Origin: an uncultured virus (IMG/VR IMGVR_UViG_3300025141_000074)
Taxonomy: Duplodnaviria > Heunggongvirae > Uroviricota > Caudoviricetes
Virus record (IMG/VR): IMGVR_UViG_3300025141_000074
Strand: one strand, 5' to 3'
Length of the DNA stretch: 20,000 nucleotides
Part shown: piece after piece, positions 1 through 9,221 of the stretch
Layout: each line of letters starts with the position of its first letter
Position numbering within the stretch: the stretch's first letter is position 1
Position numbers and translations under genes: made by a program
Notes under the pieces: model-generated
Database searches by the model: none
Told to the model about the DNA's origin: nothing
Seen by the model: only the letters and a program-made list of their open reading frames with translations

Positions 1-588
1 TACGGTATAGGAAATGGTAGTGCGGCATTAGAATTTAGTGCGTTAACCAAATTACAGACAGACCCACCAGTGTGGTTTTTGGATGTAGGTGACACGCGAA
101 TGGAATTACAAACAGAGGAGTTACAGATACAAACAAAGTTTCAAAAGAAATGTATGAATTCTTTGGACACGATGCCTCCTCTAGTAAAACAGTCAGTATG
201 GCAGGAAATAATTGAAAGGCTAATGAATAACCTTATCAAGATTCCTGTTTCTGATGATGGGTCCTTGGCCGGTCAATTTGAAGCTTTCCTCCAGGAGTTT
301 TGTACTGATCGCGCCCAGGCCTTAAATCGAGATGAATTATTATTACGAAAACCCTGGACAGAGGAAGGAACTACTTGGTTTCGGTTAAAGGACTTACAGG
401 ATTATTTAACGAGAAATAAGTTTACCTATTTTAACACGGGGCAATTAGTCCAAGCTTTGAGACATCTTAAAGGTAAAAGTGAAAAATATAATTTAAAAGG
501 CAGGACAGTTCGTGTGTGGGGTGTGCCTGCATACCAAACACAGGATTCAGCTTTTGATATAAAGGAGATTGATAGTGCCCCATTCTAA
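1..588 (+). CDS. Probable primase/primase-polymerase, C-terminal part (5' truncated)
   Basis: Frame 1 is open from base 1 to the stop at 586-588. It sits first in the replication block ahead of the helicase and PolA. No catalytic motif is visible in this fragment, so the product is inferred from context. Confidence 0.5.
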   Translation, partial: YGIGNGSAALEFSALTKLQTDPPVWFLDVGDTRMELQTEELQIQTKFQKKCMNSLDTMPPLVKQSVWQEIIERLMNNLIKIPVSDDGSLAGQFEAFLQEFCTDRAQALNRDELLLRKPWTEEGTTWFRLKDLQDYLTRNKFTYFNTGQLVQALRHLKGKSEKYNLKGRTVRVWGVPAYQTQDSAFDIKEIDSAPF

Positions 589-997
589 TTTTAAATACGG
601 AGACAGAAGAAAAGATGGATATGTGTGGGTTGGATTGAGATATAGCCGAGGGAAAAGAAAAGATGGAACTTATCCAAATGATTGGCGTAGCCCACAGTCT
701 TTTGAAAAGAAAAATGAAGCAGGGAGAAAATATAAAAAGAAAATATATAATTTAATTAGCAAAATGGCGAATGATGAAAAGATAAAACATGGATGTTACC
801 ATTGTGGTTATAATAAAGATCCTGTGGCATTGGATTTTCATCACATTAATAGAGCTAATAAGATTAGAAATGTATCAAGTCATTGGAGAACAAGCATGGT
901 ACAATTTAAAAAAATGAAAGAAGAATGGAAAAAATGTATGGTTCTGTGTGCTAATTGTCATAGACTAGAGGAGAAAAGGATTAGAAATGAAAACTAA
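575..997 (+). CDS. HNH endonuclease (zinc-binding, free-standing)
   Basis: CYHCG...ALDFHH...C-x2-LCANCHRLE motifs; AAGGAG upstream of GTG at 575 (ORF track starts at 569). Confidence 0.88.
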   Translation: MPHSNFKYGDRRKDGYVWVGLRYSRGKRKDGTYPNDWRSPQSFEKKNEAGRKYKKKIYNLISKMANDEKIKHGCYHCGYNKDPVALDFHHINRANKIRNVSSHWRTSMVQFKKMKEEWKKCMVLCANCHRLEEKRIRNEN

Positions 998-2486
998 AAT
1001 AATATTAGGACCTCCTGGTACAGGGAAAACGCACAACTTATTAAATTTGGTTGAACAAGAATTAGCGAAAGGTACACCACCGGACCGTATCGCCTTCGTG
1101 GCTTTTACAAAGAAAGCGGCTAGTGAAGCGAGGGACCGGGCTACAAAGAAGTTTGATTTAGAAGAACAACATTTACCTTATTTTAGAACATTGCATTCAT
1201 TTGCCTTTCATCAGTTAGGATTAACAAAATCAGAAGTAATGTCACGTGATAATTATAAAGAGTTTGCGCAGTCATTCGGCATGGATCTAGGATCAGTATC
1301 TGATGGTGTAGATTCCGGTGGAGTATTTACAGTTGATAACCAGCTCCTATCAGAGGTTAATTTATCACGAATGAAATGTATGGATTTAGAACAACATTAT
1401 AATGATTCTAATTTAGATGTATCTTGGCACGCACTACTCAGAGCTCAACGTTCACTTGAAGAATTTAAAAAGAAAAAAGAAGTATTAGATTTTACAGACA
1501 TGATAGAAATGTACATTGAATCAGGAATGATTCCGAAATTAGATATAGTTTTTGTTGATGAAGCACAGGATTTATGCGCCCTACAGTGGCGTATGGTACA
1601 TAAAATTTGTCAAAACGCCAAACAAGTGTACGTAAGCGGTGATGATGATCAAGCTATTTACCGTTGGGCTGGTGCAGATGTAGAACATTTAATTGGTTTG
1701 GATGGTGAAAGACAAGTCTTACAACAGTCTTATAGATGCGCACGCCTTATACAAAATTGTTCACAAGGAATTATAGGTAGGGTTCAAAATAGAATTAATA
1801 AAACATGGCATGGTACAAACACTAGAGGATTAGTGCAATACCATTCTTACCCCGACAGTGTAGATATACGCGATGAGAATTGGCTTATCATGGCACGAAC
1901 CAATTATTTACTCGATGAAATAGAACGCGACATAAGATTACAAGGATTATTTTATAAAAGAAATAATCGTTTGCCTATATCGCAGAAATTATTAAATGCT
2001 ACAGCTTCTTGGAAAAAATTAAATCAAGGTGAGCATATAGAATTACCAGAAGTGAAAACTATTTATTCTTATATGTCATCAGAAATAGGAATAGAACGCG
2101 GTCACAAAGGTTTAAAAACAGCTGATAAAGAAAATTATGAACTAGAAGATTTAGTTAAGAATCATGGATTACTTGTAGGAGGAAGACCGTGGGATGTAGC
2201 TTTTGATAAGGTAGGAACGCGTGATAAAGAATTTTTACGGTCTATTGAAATGAGAAACAAGGATTTTGTAAAATCAGATCCAAAGATTCATTTAAGCACG
2301 ATTCATGGTGCTAAAGGAGGAGAAGCAGACAAAGTTATGTTGCTGACAGACTTATCAAGAAAGTCACAGGAAGCAATGGAAAAAGATTCAGATGATGAAT
2401 GCCGTGTATTTTATGTAGCAGCTACACGTGCTCGTAATGAGCTACACATAGTACAACCACAAAGACAGGGAGGGTTCATAATATGA
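987..2486 (+). CDS. UvrD/Rep-family superfamily 1 DNA helicase
   Basis: GPPGTGKT Walker A, AFTKKAA, RTLHS, VDEAQD Walker B, GDDDQAIY, STIHGAKGGE, YVAATRAR. Confidence 0.95.
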   Translation: MKTKIILGPPGTGKTHNLLNLVEQELAKGTPPDRIAFVAFTKKAASEARDRATKKFDLEEQHLPYFRTLHSFAFHQLGLTKSEVMSRDNYKEFAQSFGMDLGSVSDGVDSGGVFTVDNQLLSEVNLSRMKCMDLEQHYNDSNLDVSWHALLRAQRSLEEFKKKKEVLDFTDMIEMYIESGMIPKLDIVFVDEAQDLCALQWRMVHKICQNAKQVYVSGDDDQAIYRWAGADVEHLIGLDGERQVLQQSYRCARLIQNCSQGIIGRVQNRINKTWHGTNTRGLVQYHSYPDSVDIRDENWLIMARTNYLLDEIERDIRLQGLFYKRNNRLPISQKLLNATASWKKLNQGEHIELPEVKTIYSYMSSEIGIERGHKGLKTADKENYELEDLVKNHGLLVGGRPWDVAFDKVGTRDKEFLRSIEMRNKDFVKSDPKIHLSTIHGAKGGEADKVMLLTDLSRKSQEAMEKDSDDECRVFYVAATRARNELHIVQPQRQGGFII

Positions 2487-2776
2487 CCAAAGAAGAAATA
2501 TTAGCTGAAGCTAGTAGAATAATATCCAGAGATAGAAATTTATCTCATGGAGATGCATTCAAGAATCATGCAGAGATTGCAGAGTTTTGGAATTTGTTTT
2601 TAGATGATAAGTTACGACCTATGGCTGATATTACAGCTAAAGACGTGGCAATTATGATGATATTATTAAAAATTTCACGTTCCAATCAGGGAAAGAAATT
2701 TAACTTGGATAATTTTGTTGACATGGCGGGTTATTCAGCGATTGCAGGAGAAATTGGTGACTCAGGATCTTTTTAA
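2483..2776 (+). CDS. DUF6378-like phage protein
   Basis: DRNLSHGD...IAEFW...DVAIMMILLKISR...DNFVDMAGY pattern typical of this small family found next to phage polymerases. Confidence 0.75.
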   Translation: MTKEEILAEASRIISRDRNLSHGDAFKNHAEIAEFWNLFLDDKLRPMADITAKDVAIMMILLKISRSNQGKKFNLDNFVDMAGYSAIAGEIGDSGSF

Positions 2777-4601
2777 AACAGTAAATTCCAATTGGGTTGC
2801 ACCCACGGAATTTCCTAAACTTGAAGGCAAAGTAGCAGTAGATCTAGAGACGTGTGATCCACACTTAATCAAGGAAGGACCAGGATGGCCACGTAAGCGT
2901 GGTTATGTCATTGGCATCGCTATAGCGAATGCCTCTTTTAAAGGATACTATCCTATTGCTCACTCTGGTGGGGGGAACATGGACGAAAAGAAAGTTATTA
3001 AGTATGTTAAGTCCATATGTGAAGACGCTTTCATAGAGAAATTGTTTCACAATGCGCAATACGATATTGGTTGGCTTTCCACCCTTGGAATAGAAGTTAA
3101 GGGAAGAGTTCATGACACCATGGTAGCTGCGGCACTCATAGATGAGAATAGATTCTCCTATACATTAAACAGCATTGTGCATGAATATCTAGGAGAGTTT
3201 AAGAATGAACAAAAGCTTAAGGAAGCGGCTGACGCCTTTGGCGTTGATCCCAAGAATGAAATGTACAAGTTGCCATCCACCTTTGTGGGTGAGTACGCTG
3301 AAGCGGATGCTGATCTGACATACAAGTTGCATGAAAAATTATCATGGGAAATTGTCAAGGATAATCTTACAACGGTATATGATCTGGAATGCAATCTTAT
3401 TCATGTAATTTACAGAATGACCAAGACGGGTGTGAGATTTGATCAATATAAATGCGTGAGTCTTAATGACAAATTTAAAAATAAAGAAAAAAAATTAATG
3501 AAAAGGATTAAGGATCTAACCGGACTTAATATAGAGATATGGGCAGCAGCATCCATCTCGAAAGCTTTTGATGCGTTGAACCTACCCTATGAAAGAACGG
3601 AAAAGACCAATGCTCCTTCCTTTACGAAGATGTTCCTTACGGACCATCCACATGAGTTACCTCGGTTAATTATGCAGGCGAGGGAATTGAACAAATTAAG
3701 GGGAACCTTCCTGCATGGGTTATTAAATCACAACAATGACGGGAGGATACATGCTCACATTAACCAAATTAGGTCTGACAGTGGAGGTACTGTCACTGGT
3801 CGCTTTTCTTATAATCATCCTAATTTACAGCAGATTCCGAGTAGGGGTCAATTCGCGAAAGACATTAGGAAACTTTTCATCCCGGAAAGTGGGAAGTACT
3901 GGCTCAAAGCGGACTACTCGCAACAAGAGCCCAGGTTACTTACACACTGGGCAAGACTCGTCGACCAACCCGGTGCTAGGGAAGTACAGGAAGCATATCA
4001 TAAAACGGACCTCGACTTTCACCAACAAACAGCCGAAATGGCAGGTGTGGAGAGACGTCTTGCGAAGACTATCGGACTAGGTGTCATGTATGGCATGGGC
4101 TATAATAAATTAGCGCGTGACTTGGACCTTGAACCACAGGAAGCAAAGAAAATGCTTACTGATTTCCGTGCACGTGTACCCTTTATGCAAGGAATGCTCG
4201 AAGCAGTTATGAATAGGGCCAATTCTAAGGGTGTTATTCGTACATTGCTTGGACGTAAATGTAGGTTTGATTTATGGGAACCAACACAATGGGGTGTTCA
4301 CAAGGCACTCCCGCTGAATCAAGCAAAGGTGGAATATGGTGATGCTATTAAAAGAGCATATACTTACAAGGCATTAAATAGATTGATTCAAGGCTCAGCT
4401 GCGGATCAAACCAAGAAAGCCATGGTTGATGTATATGAACAATTAAATCTCATTCCTCACATCCAGGTACATGATGAACTTAACTGTTCTGTAACAGATG
4501 AAAATGAAGGAAAGAAAGTAAAGGAAGTAATGGAAACTTGCGTGGAACTTGAGGTTCCATCAAAGGTCGACATCAATGTAGGAGAAAGTTGGGGCGAATG
4601 A
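2757..4601 (+). CDS. polA: DNA polymerase family A with 3'-5' exonuclease (no 5'-3' exonuclease), Leu762 type
   Basis: ExoI VDLETCD, ExoII HNAQYD, ExoIII YAEAD; motif A ADYSQQEPR, motif B RRLAKTIGLGVMYGMG, motif C VHDEL; GGAG then GTG at 2757. Confidence 0.97.
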   Translation: MTQDLFKTVNSNWVAPTEFPKLEGKVAVDLETCDPHLIKEGPGWPRKRGYVIGIAIANASFKGYYPIAHSGGGNMDEKKVIKYVKSICEDAFIEKLFHNAQYDIGWLSTLGIEVKGRVHDTMVAAALIDENRFSYTLNSIVHEYLGEFKNEQKLKEAADAFGVDPKNEMYKLPSTFVGEYAEADADLTYKLHEKLSWEIVKDNLTTVYDLECNLIHVIYRMTKTGVRFDQYKCVSLNDKFKNKEKKLMKRIKDLTGLNIEIWAAASISKAFDALNLPYERTEKTNAPSFTKMFLTDHPHELPRLIMQARELNKLRGTFLHGLLNHNNDGRIHAHINQIRSDSGGTVTGRFSYNHPNLQQIPSRGQFAKDIRKLFIPESGKYWLKADYSQQEPRLLTHWARLVDQPGAREVQEAYHKTDLDFHQQTAEMAGVERRLAKTIGLGVMYGMGYNKLARDLDLEPQEAKKMLTDFRARVPFMQGMLEAVMNRANSKGVIRTLLGRKCRFDLWEPTQWGVHKALPLNQAKVEYGDAIKRAYTYKALNRLIQGSAADQTKKAMVDVYEQLNLIPHIQVHDELNCSVTDENEGKKVKEVMETCVELEVPSKVDINVGESWGE

Positions 4602-5119
4602 GTTGGTTATGTGCAGTGTTATTAATATGTGTACCTTTCAAGCCAGAAATGGATTACACCAACAATGAGGAATTCATTGAGGATATTACAGCGTGTACGT
4701 TGCATTTGAATTCAATGGAAGAGGATCACAACAGGATTCCAGTAAATTTAGTGATAGCACAAGCCATTCATGAATCGGAATGGGGACATTCCAGGTTTGC
4801 AACAATTGGTAACAATTTGTTAGGGATCCGCACTTTTGACTCAGCCGATGACCAAATGAAGCCGCTTAATATACCTAATGCTAGCTGGGGGCTTAGGATC
4901 TTTGAGACTAAATGCGAATCCATATCTTACTATATTGATTTACTTAATAATAACCATCATTATAGAGACTTTAGAGAGGAGCGATTAACCCAGTATATCA
5001 GCGACATAGTGGACCTTGAATCTTTGGCTAGGACACTTGCAATTTATGCCGAAGATGTATATTATACGCAAAAAATCACCAAAACATTAAAACAATTAGA
5101 GGCCTATGACAGAGATTAG
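4598..5119 (+). CDS. GH73/Bax-like glucosaminidase (peptidoglycan hydrolase) with N-terminal hydrophobic signal
   Basis: AQAIHESEWG.SRFA..GNNLLGIR and C-terminal YAEDVYY motifs; MSWLCAVLLICVPF N-terminus. Confidence 0.82.
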   Translation: MSWLCAVLLICVPFKPEMDYTNNEEFIEDITACTLHLNSMEEDHNRIPVNLVIAQAIHESEWGHSRFATIGNNLLGIRTFDSADDQMKPLNIPNASWGLRIFETKCESISYYIDLLNNNHHYRDFREERLTQYISDIVDLESLARTLAIYAEDVYYTQKITKTLKQLEAYDRD

Positions 5120-6215
5120 AAAACCCGGGTACCGTGAACAAGGAAAGAAACGTGTAGCAGCGAACAAGCCTATTGCGGGAGTTAAGCCAGGTTTTGCTAT
5201 TAACCCGGAGCAGATGGAATATGAAAGAAGAAAACTTTTGGAAGAAATGTCTACAAAACTTACGCCTAATAGAAAGACGCTTAATACAATGGCAGCAGTT
5301 GCGGCAACACAAGAGCCAGAGTATTTTGATGAAGAAGGAAAGAAAAGAGAGCCAACGATGCGTGTATTATCACTCGGGGCAGGGGTTCAGTCATCCTGTT
5401 TGGCACTCATGGCGCAAGAAGGACTGACAAAACACAAACCAGATTACATGATATTTGCCGATACTGGATGGGAACCTTCCTTCGTGTATGAGCATGTAGA
5501 ATACTTAAAGAAAGCAATAACGATCTGTCCACTCATTACTGTAGAACGTGGTAATATCCGTGAGGATCTTATCCGCGCAGCGAACCCCATTAAAGGGTCA
5601 AATGAGGAGCATAAATCTTTCGCCGGACGTGTACCAAATCCACCACTATTTGCTGCACGTCCTGGTGGAAAGGTTGGAATGTTATACCGTCAATGCACCC
5701 ATGACTATAAAGTTATTCCTATTCAAAAAAAGATGAGGGAATTACTTGGCATAAAACCAAGACACCGTGTTAAAAAAGGACAGTTAGTAGAACAATGGAT
5801 TGGTATATCCACCGATGAAGCAATGCGCATGAAGAAGGCGCGGATGCCATGGCTTACATCAAGATGGCCATTAATTGAAATGAAAATGTCACGTGCTGAT
5901 TGCCTGCAATGGTACCGTGATATAAAAAAACACCCTATGCCTGGCAAATCGTCGTGCATAGGGTGCCCTTACCACCATAATGATCAGTGGAAAAACATGC
6001 AGAAGAATTATCCAAAGGACTGGGATGATGCGTGTGAAGTTGATGACAAGATCAGGCATGGATTAAAGAACACACCAGCAGAACTATTTCTTCATAAGTC
6101 AGCGAAGCCGCTTAGAAGTATAAATTTCCTTGAGCCAAAGAAACAACAAAGTTTATTTGGAGAAACGTTTGATGAAGAATTTTCAGATGAATGTGAGGGA
6201 CTTTGTGGAGTATGA
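5106..6215 (+). CDS. PP-loop (adenine nucleotide alpha-hydrolase / PAPS-reductase-like) Cys-rich phage enzyme
   Basis: VLSLGAGVQSS PP-loop-like, IFADTGWE, RQCT..YK..PI, GISTDE..R, KSSCIGCPYH, C-terminal ECEGLCGV; about 80-aa N-terminal extension. Confidence 0.75.
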   Translation: MTEIRKPGYREQGKKRVAANKPIAGVKPGFAINPEQMEYERRKLLEEMSTKLTPNRKTLNTMAAVAATQEPEYFDEEGKKREPTMRVLSLGAGVQSSCLALMAQEGLTKHKPDYMIFADTGWEPSFVYEHVEYLKKAITICPLITVERGNIREDLIRAANPIKGSNEEHKSFAGRVPNPPLFAARPGGKVGMLYRQCTHDYKVIPIQKKMRELLGIKPRHRVKKGQLVEQWIGISTDEAMRMKKARMPWLTSRWPLIEMKMSRADCLQWYRDIKKHPMPGKSSCIGCPYHHNDQWKNMQKNYPKDWDDACEVDDKIRHGLKNTPAELFLHKSAKPLRSINFLEPKKQQSLFGETFDEEFSDECEGLCGV

Positions 6216-6390
6216 TAAAAGCACCGTGCGCCCAGGACCAGAATTTAAGTGTACACAATGTGGTAGATGGTTTAAAAAATTATTATATTGGACAAGTAAA
6301 AAGTTTAATCCGGAACAAAAGTATGATATAATGATGCTATGCGGACCGAAATGTTCATTAAAATCATATGGCGAAAGTAGGATTAAGTAA
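6205..6390 (+). CDS. Small zinc-finger protein
   Basis: CTQC...CGPKC; GAGG before GTG at 6205 (start uncertain). Confidence 0.6.
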   Translation: MEYDKSTVRPGPEFKCTQCGRWFKKLLYWTSKKFNPEQKYDIMMLCGPKCSLKSYGESRIK

Positions 6391-6472
6391 ACATAAAGGC
6401 CGACGAAAGTTAGGCAAGAAAAAGAGAAAGAAGAGGTCATCAAAATGGCGCAAGAAAAAGACGGGAAAGTAG
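6368..6472 (+). CDS. 34-aa highly basic peptide (not in ORF track)
   Basis: Manual translation MAKVGLSKHKGRRKLGKKKRKKRSSKWRKKKTGK; 19/34 K+R and no acidic residues; fills the gap between adjacent genes. Confidence 0.6.
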   Translation: MAKVGLSKHKGRRKLGKKKRKKRSSKWRKKKTGK

Positions 6473-7089
6473 TAATAGCGAAGATTCCAATTCAGGATAC
6501 ACGCCTGTTCTACAAGAACTATGATAATTATTCCAATCTCAACAACTTGTTGATGACGGAGATAGAGAAGGAAAAGAAAAAGGATCCTAAAGGATTAGAG
6601 GCAACCAATCCAGGTTGCTGGAGAAGTATGTTCAAGTACCAGTGTGAAAAGGAACTGATGAAACCAATTGGAATTATTCTTTCCGCCTGGACGGATCACT
6701 ACTTGCCAGGAAAGGTCGTGGATGCACAAATAACCTACTGGACAAATGTTAACGAGCCAGGTGGGGCCAACATCTTTCACACTCACTACCGTGCGGATGC
6801 GGACCTATCCGGTGTCTATTACGTGAAGGGACACGGAACCGGAGTCATTCGTTTTGCGACGCATGAGCAGATGTACAAGATGATTCCTGTACACATGCCA
6901 CACGCCAACATGATTGGACACAATCCAACGGACGGTGACATACTGTGCTTTCCATCCTATATATTGCATGATGTGGTACCTAATCCATCGAAGGGACAGC
7001 GAATTTCAATTGCGTTCAACGTGAAATTTGCCATCAAGGAAAAGGATAATGTGGTTCCCTTGACTAAAAAAGTGGAAGAGGGCAAATGA
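6445..7089 (+). CDS. 2OG-Fe(II) oxygenase (TIGR02466-like)
   Basis: W.NVN..GG.N..HTH, LSGVYYV, FPSYILH.V.PN, RISIAFN. Confidence 0.9.
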   Translation: MAQEKDGKVVIAKIPIQDTRLFYKNYDNYSNLNNLLMTEIEKEKKKDPKGLEATNPGCWRSMFKYQCEKELMKPIGIILSAWTDHYLPGKVVDAQITYWTNVNEPGGANIFHTHYRADADLSGVYYVKGHGTGVIRFATHEQMYKMIPVHMPHANMIGHNPTDGDILCFPSYILHDVVPNPSKGQRISIAFNVKFAIKEKDNVVPLTKKVEEGK

Positions 7090-7325
7090 TGGACGTTTGG
7101 GACCCAGGAGAGGAAACGACGGTATTCCGCCAAATAAAAAAGCTCATATCTCGCTCCTATCGGGGTTTAAAAGGTTGGGTGGTGTGTTTGTACCCGGGTA
7201 ATTTAGTGTTTTTGGCCAAAGACTGGTTCTATTCACTATGTGAGCATTATGGTGGGGCCATCAGCTGCTGGGCATGGCAAAAGCGTTGGAGTAAACAAAA
7301 TAGAAAGAGATACAAGCATGGTTAA
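7086..7325 (+). CDS. Hypothetical phage protein, Trp-rich C-terminus
   Basis: ATGA overlap with the upstream gene; SCWAWQKRW. Confidence 0.65.
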   Translation: MMDVWDPGEETTVFRQIKKLISRSYRGLKGWVVCLYPGNLVFLAKDWFYSLCEHYGGAISCWAWQKRWSKQNRKRYKHG

Positions 7326-7635
7326 AATGGAATGGAAGCAAGAAGACTTAGAGCTTGCTGGTGAACTAATTAAGAATCATACAGCAACTGAAGTTGGAAA
7401 AATTTTTAACAAATCTAAAAACGCTATCCTTGGTGTTCTTTATCGAGAGAAAATAAAAAATGGTTATGTGCCAGCTCCTGATTCTCCATATTCAAAAGCA
7501 CGGATGAGAAATAGATTCAAGAGTGATCCGGCATTGGGTGAAATGAAATGCTACATATGTTCAACGACTTTTACCAGGTCCGGACGATTTGATCGCTTCT
7601 GTTATGAATGTAGAAGGACGGGACGAGTTGCGTGA
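7318..7635 (+). CDS. gcrA: GcrA-like N-terminal HTH fused to a CxxC-CxxC zinc finger
   Basis: MEWKQEDLE...TATEVGKIFNKSKNAILGVLYR resembles the GcrA N-terminus (W-T...SASQIA...SRNAVIGK.HR); C-terminal CYIC...FCYEC. Confidence 0.72.
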   Translation: MVKMEWKQEDLELAGELIKNHTATEVGKIFNKSKNAILGVLYREKIKNGYVPAPDSPYSKARMRNRFKSDPALGEMKCYICSTTFTRSGRFDRFCYECRRTGRVA

Positions 7636-8033
7636 TAGAAAGGAAGTTAGATAAATATGTACAAGTACTTAACAACATTGATGACGCTCAAGATAAATTT
7701 GTTTGGATTATGGATTTTGGAAAAAATTCCAAGCCAATGGAAGACGAAAACAGGACTAGATATTTTGAAGTTCCAGGCTGTCAATCACAGACGTGGTTGG
7801 TACCGCATTTTATTGATGATAAAATATATTTTACTGCTGATTCAGCTGCACTTATATCTAAGGGCATGGTCTGTATCATTGCGGATGTGTACAGTGGATC
7901 TACGGCCCAGGACATAAATGATTTTGATCAGAGAGAATTTGAAAAAATGAATCTTAATACATTATTAACACCAGGTAGAAATAATGGTGTTAATAGTATG
8001 TTAAAAAAAATTAAATATTATGCTACAGAATAA
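7632..8033 (+). CDS. sufE: SufE-family sulfur acceptor protein
   Basis: VPGCQSQTWL with the conserved persulfide Cys, ADSAALISKG, LTPGRNNG. Confidence 0.92.
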   Translation: MIERKLDKYVQVLNNIDDAQDKFVWIMDFGKNSKPMEDENRTRYFEVPGCQSQTWLVPHFIDDKIYFTADSAALISKGMVCIIADVYSGSTAQDINDFDQREFEKMNLNTLLTPGRNNGVNSMLKKIKYYATE

Positions 8034-8039
8034 ATCAAT

Positions 8040-8135
8040 ATGCTTACATGGTTGCTTAGAGCTTATATTATATGGTCTATCTGTTTAGATGCTAGTATAA
8101 TTACAGGACTTTTATATTATTTCTTTATTCGTTAA
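8040..8135 (+). CDS. 31-aa membrane peptide (not in ORF track)
   Basis: MLTWLLRAYIIWSICLDASIITGLLYYFFIR; its stop overlaps the stop of the convergent gene. Confidence 0.55.
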   Translation: MLTWLLRAYIIWSICLDASIITGLLYYFFIR

Positions 8136-8437
8136 TCCCATTTAGCTTTAGCACGAAGTGACCATCTTTCAAACGCTGCTGCATCTATATCTTTTTTAAT
8201 TAATTTAGCACCAGCTGGTACTTCATTATAGAGCGCCATTACTTCACCATCTTCTATATGTACAATACCAGGACCACAAAAAGCATCTTTGTCATATCCT
8301 GTATTTTTCTTTTTAAGTAATCGTACTTCTTTCATACATTTAGATAATGACTCCATAGGAATATATTGTGTCATTTGAGTTTCTTGGTCATTCATATTAC
8401 CAAACATAAACATTAAAATTACACTAATTACTTCCAT
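8132..8437 (-). CDS. Hypothetical exported protein with Cys pair
   Basis: Hydrophobic N-terminus, SKC...AFC. Confidence 0.75.
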   Translation of the reverse strand: MEVISVILMFMFGNMNDQETQMTQYIPMESLSKCMKEVRLLKKKNTGYDKDAFCGPGIVHIEDGEVMALYNEVPAGAKLIKKDIDAAAFERWSLRAKAKWD

Positions 8438-8831
8438 TTGCTTCCCTCAATTTATCTTTTAATTTCTCCACGTCATTAAGCAAGCGTTCTATATCATGCT
8501 GTGCCCTCTTTATATTTACGGAATTACTCATCATTGACTCCATATCTTCCATCATGGATTCTAATTGAGAACTAAGAAATTCTATAAGGAGGTCCTGCTG
8601 AGCATCCGCGGGTAGAGCACCTAATTCACCACGTGGCCATTTTATTCTAAATTCTGTGTTTGCGGTGAGATCGGCTTCCATAAGCGTACTTCGCGTCTCA
8701 ACATTGTTAAGTCTTTCTTGTATTCCGAAAAAGGCGTAGACGCCAATTCCGACTGCTGCGAGTATTGATAAAAGGTTACGCATAGGCATAGAAATAGCAG
8801 TCTTATCACTTACATCCATCCTGTCAGTCAT
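8424..8831 (-). CDS. Membrane-anchored coiled-coil protein
   Basis: TM segment LLSILAAVGIGVYAFFGI followed by heptad-rich region. Confidence 0.8.
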   Translation of the reverse strand: MTDRMDVSDKTAISMPMRNLLSILAAVGIGVYAFFGIQERLNNVETRSTLMEADLTANTEFRIKWPRGELGALPADAQQDLLIEFLSSQLESMMEDMESMMSNSVNIKRAQHDIERLLNDVEKLKDKLREANGSN

Positions 8832-9176
8832 TTAGTCTCCGTAGGAGTAGGAGCCACCCTTGGTTTGATTCTGTTGCATCATATCAGTTGAATCATTTAA
8901 GAGATTAAACAGCTGCTTGTGCTGGTCCATGATCTCCTTGTCTTTCTTATTTCCCTGTCTTAAATCTTTCTTGATCTGCTTCACGTCCACCATGAGATTC
9001 TCCAGGTCTATTTTCATCTTGACCTGATTCTCGATGACGTCTTTCTTATTCTCTTCTTCAAAGCTCTTGTACATTTGATCCACCCGCGAATCGAGTTTGC
9101 TCACGTACCATATGACTGCCACGCCCTGAATCAGCACAAATGCCACAACGGCGAATGATATCTTAAGTCCATTCAT
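8832..9176 (-). CDS. Membrane-anchored coiled-coil protein
   Basis: TM segment ISFAVVAFVLIQGVAVIWYV followed by helical region. Confidence 0.8.
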   Translation of the reverse strand: MNGLKISFAVVAFVLIQGVAVIWYVSKLDSRVDQMYKSFEEENKKDVIENQVKMKIDLENLMVDVKQIKKDLRQGNKKDKEIMDQHKQLFNLLNDSTDMMQQNQTKGGSYSYGD

Positions 9177-9221
9177 CTAATCATCCTATCACAATCAGCG
9201 CCAACAGTAAAATGATATATC

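Noticed and set aside
2865..4080. Short alternative-frame and antisense ORFs within polA (likewise within the PP-loop gene, terS and terL)
   Set aside because: Shadow ORFs fully inside well-supported genes, with no motifs or RBS.
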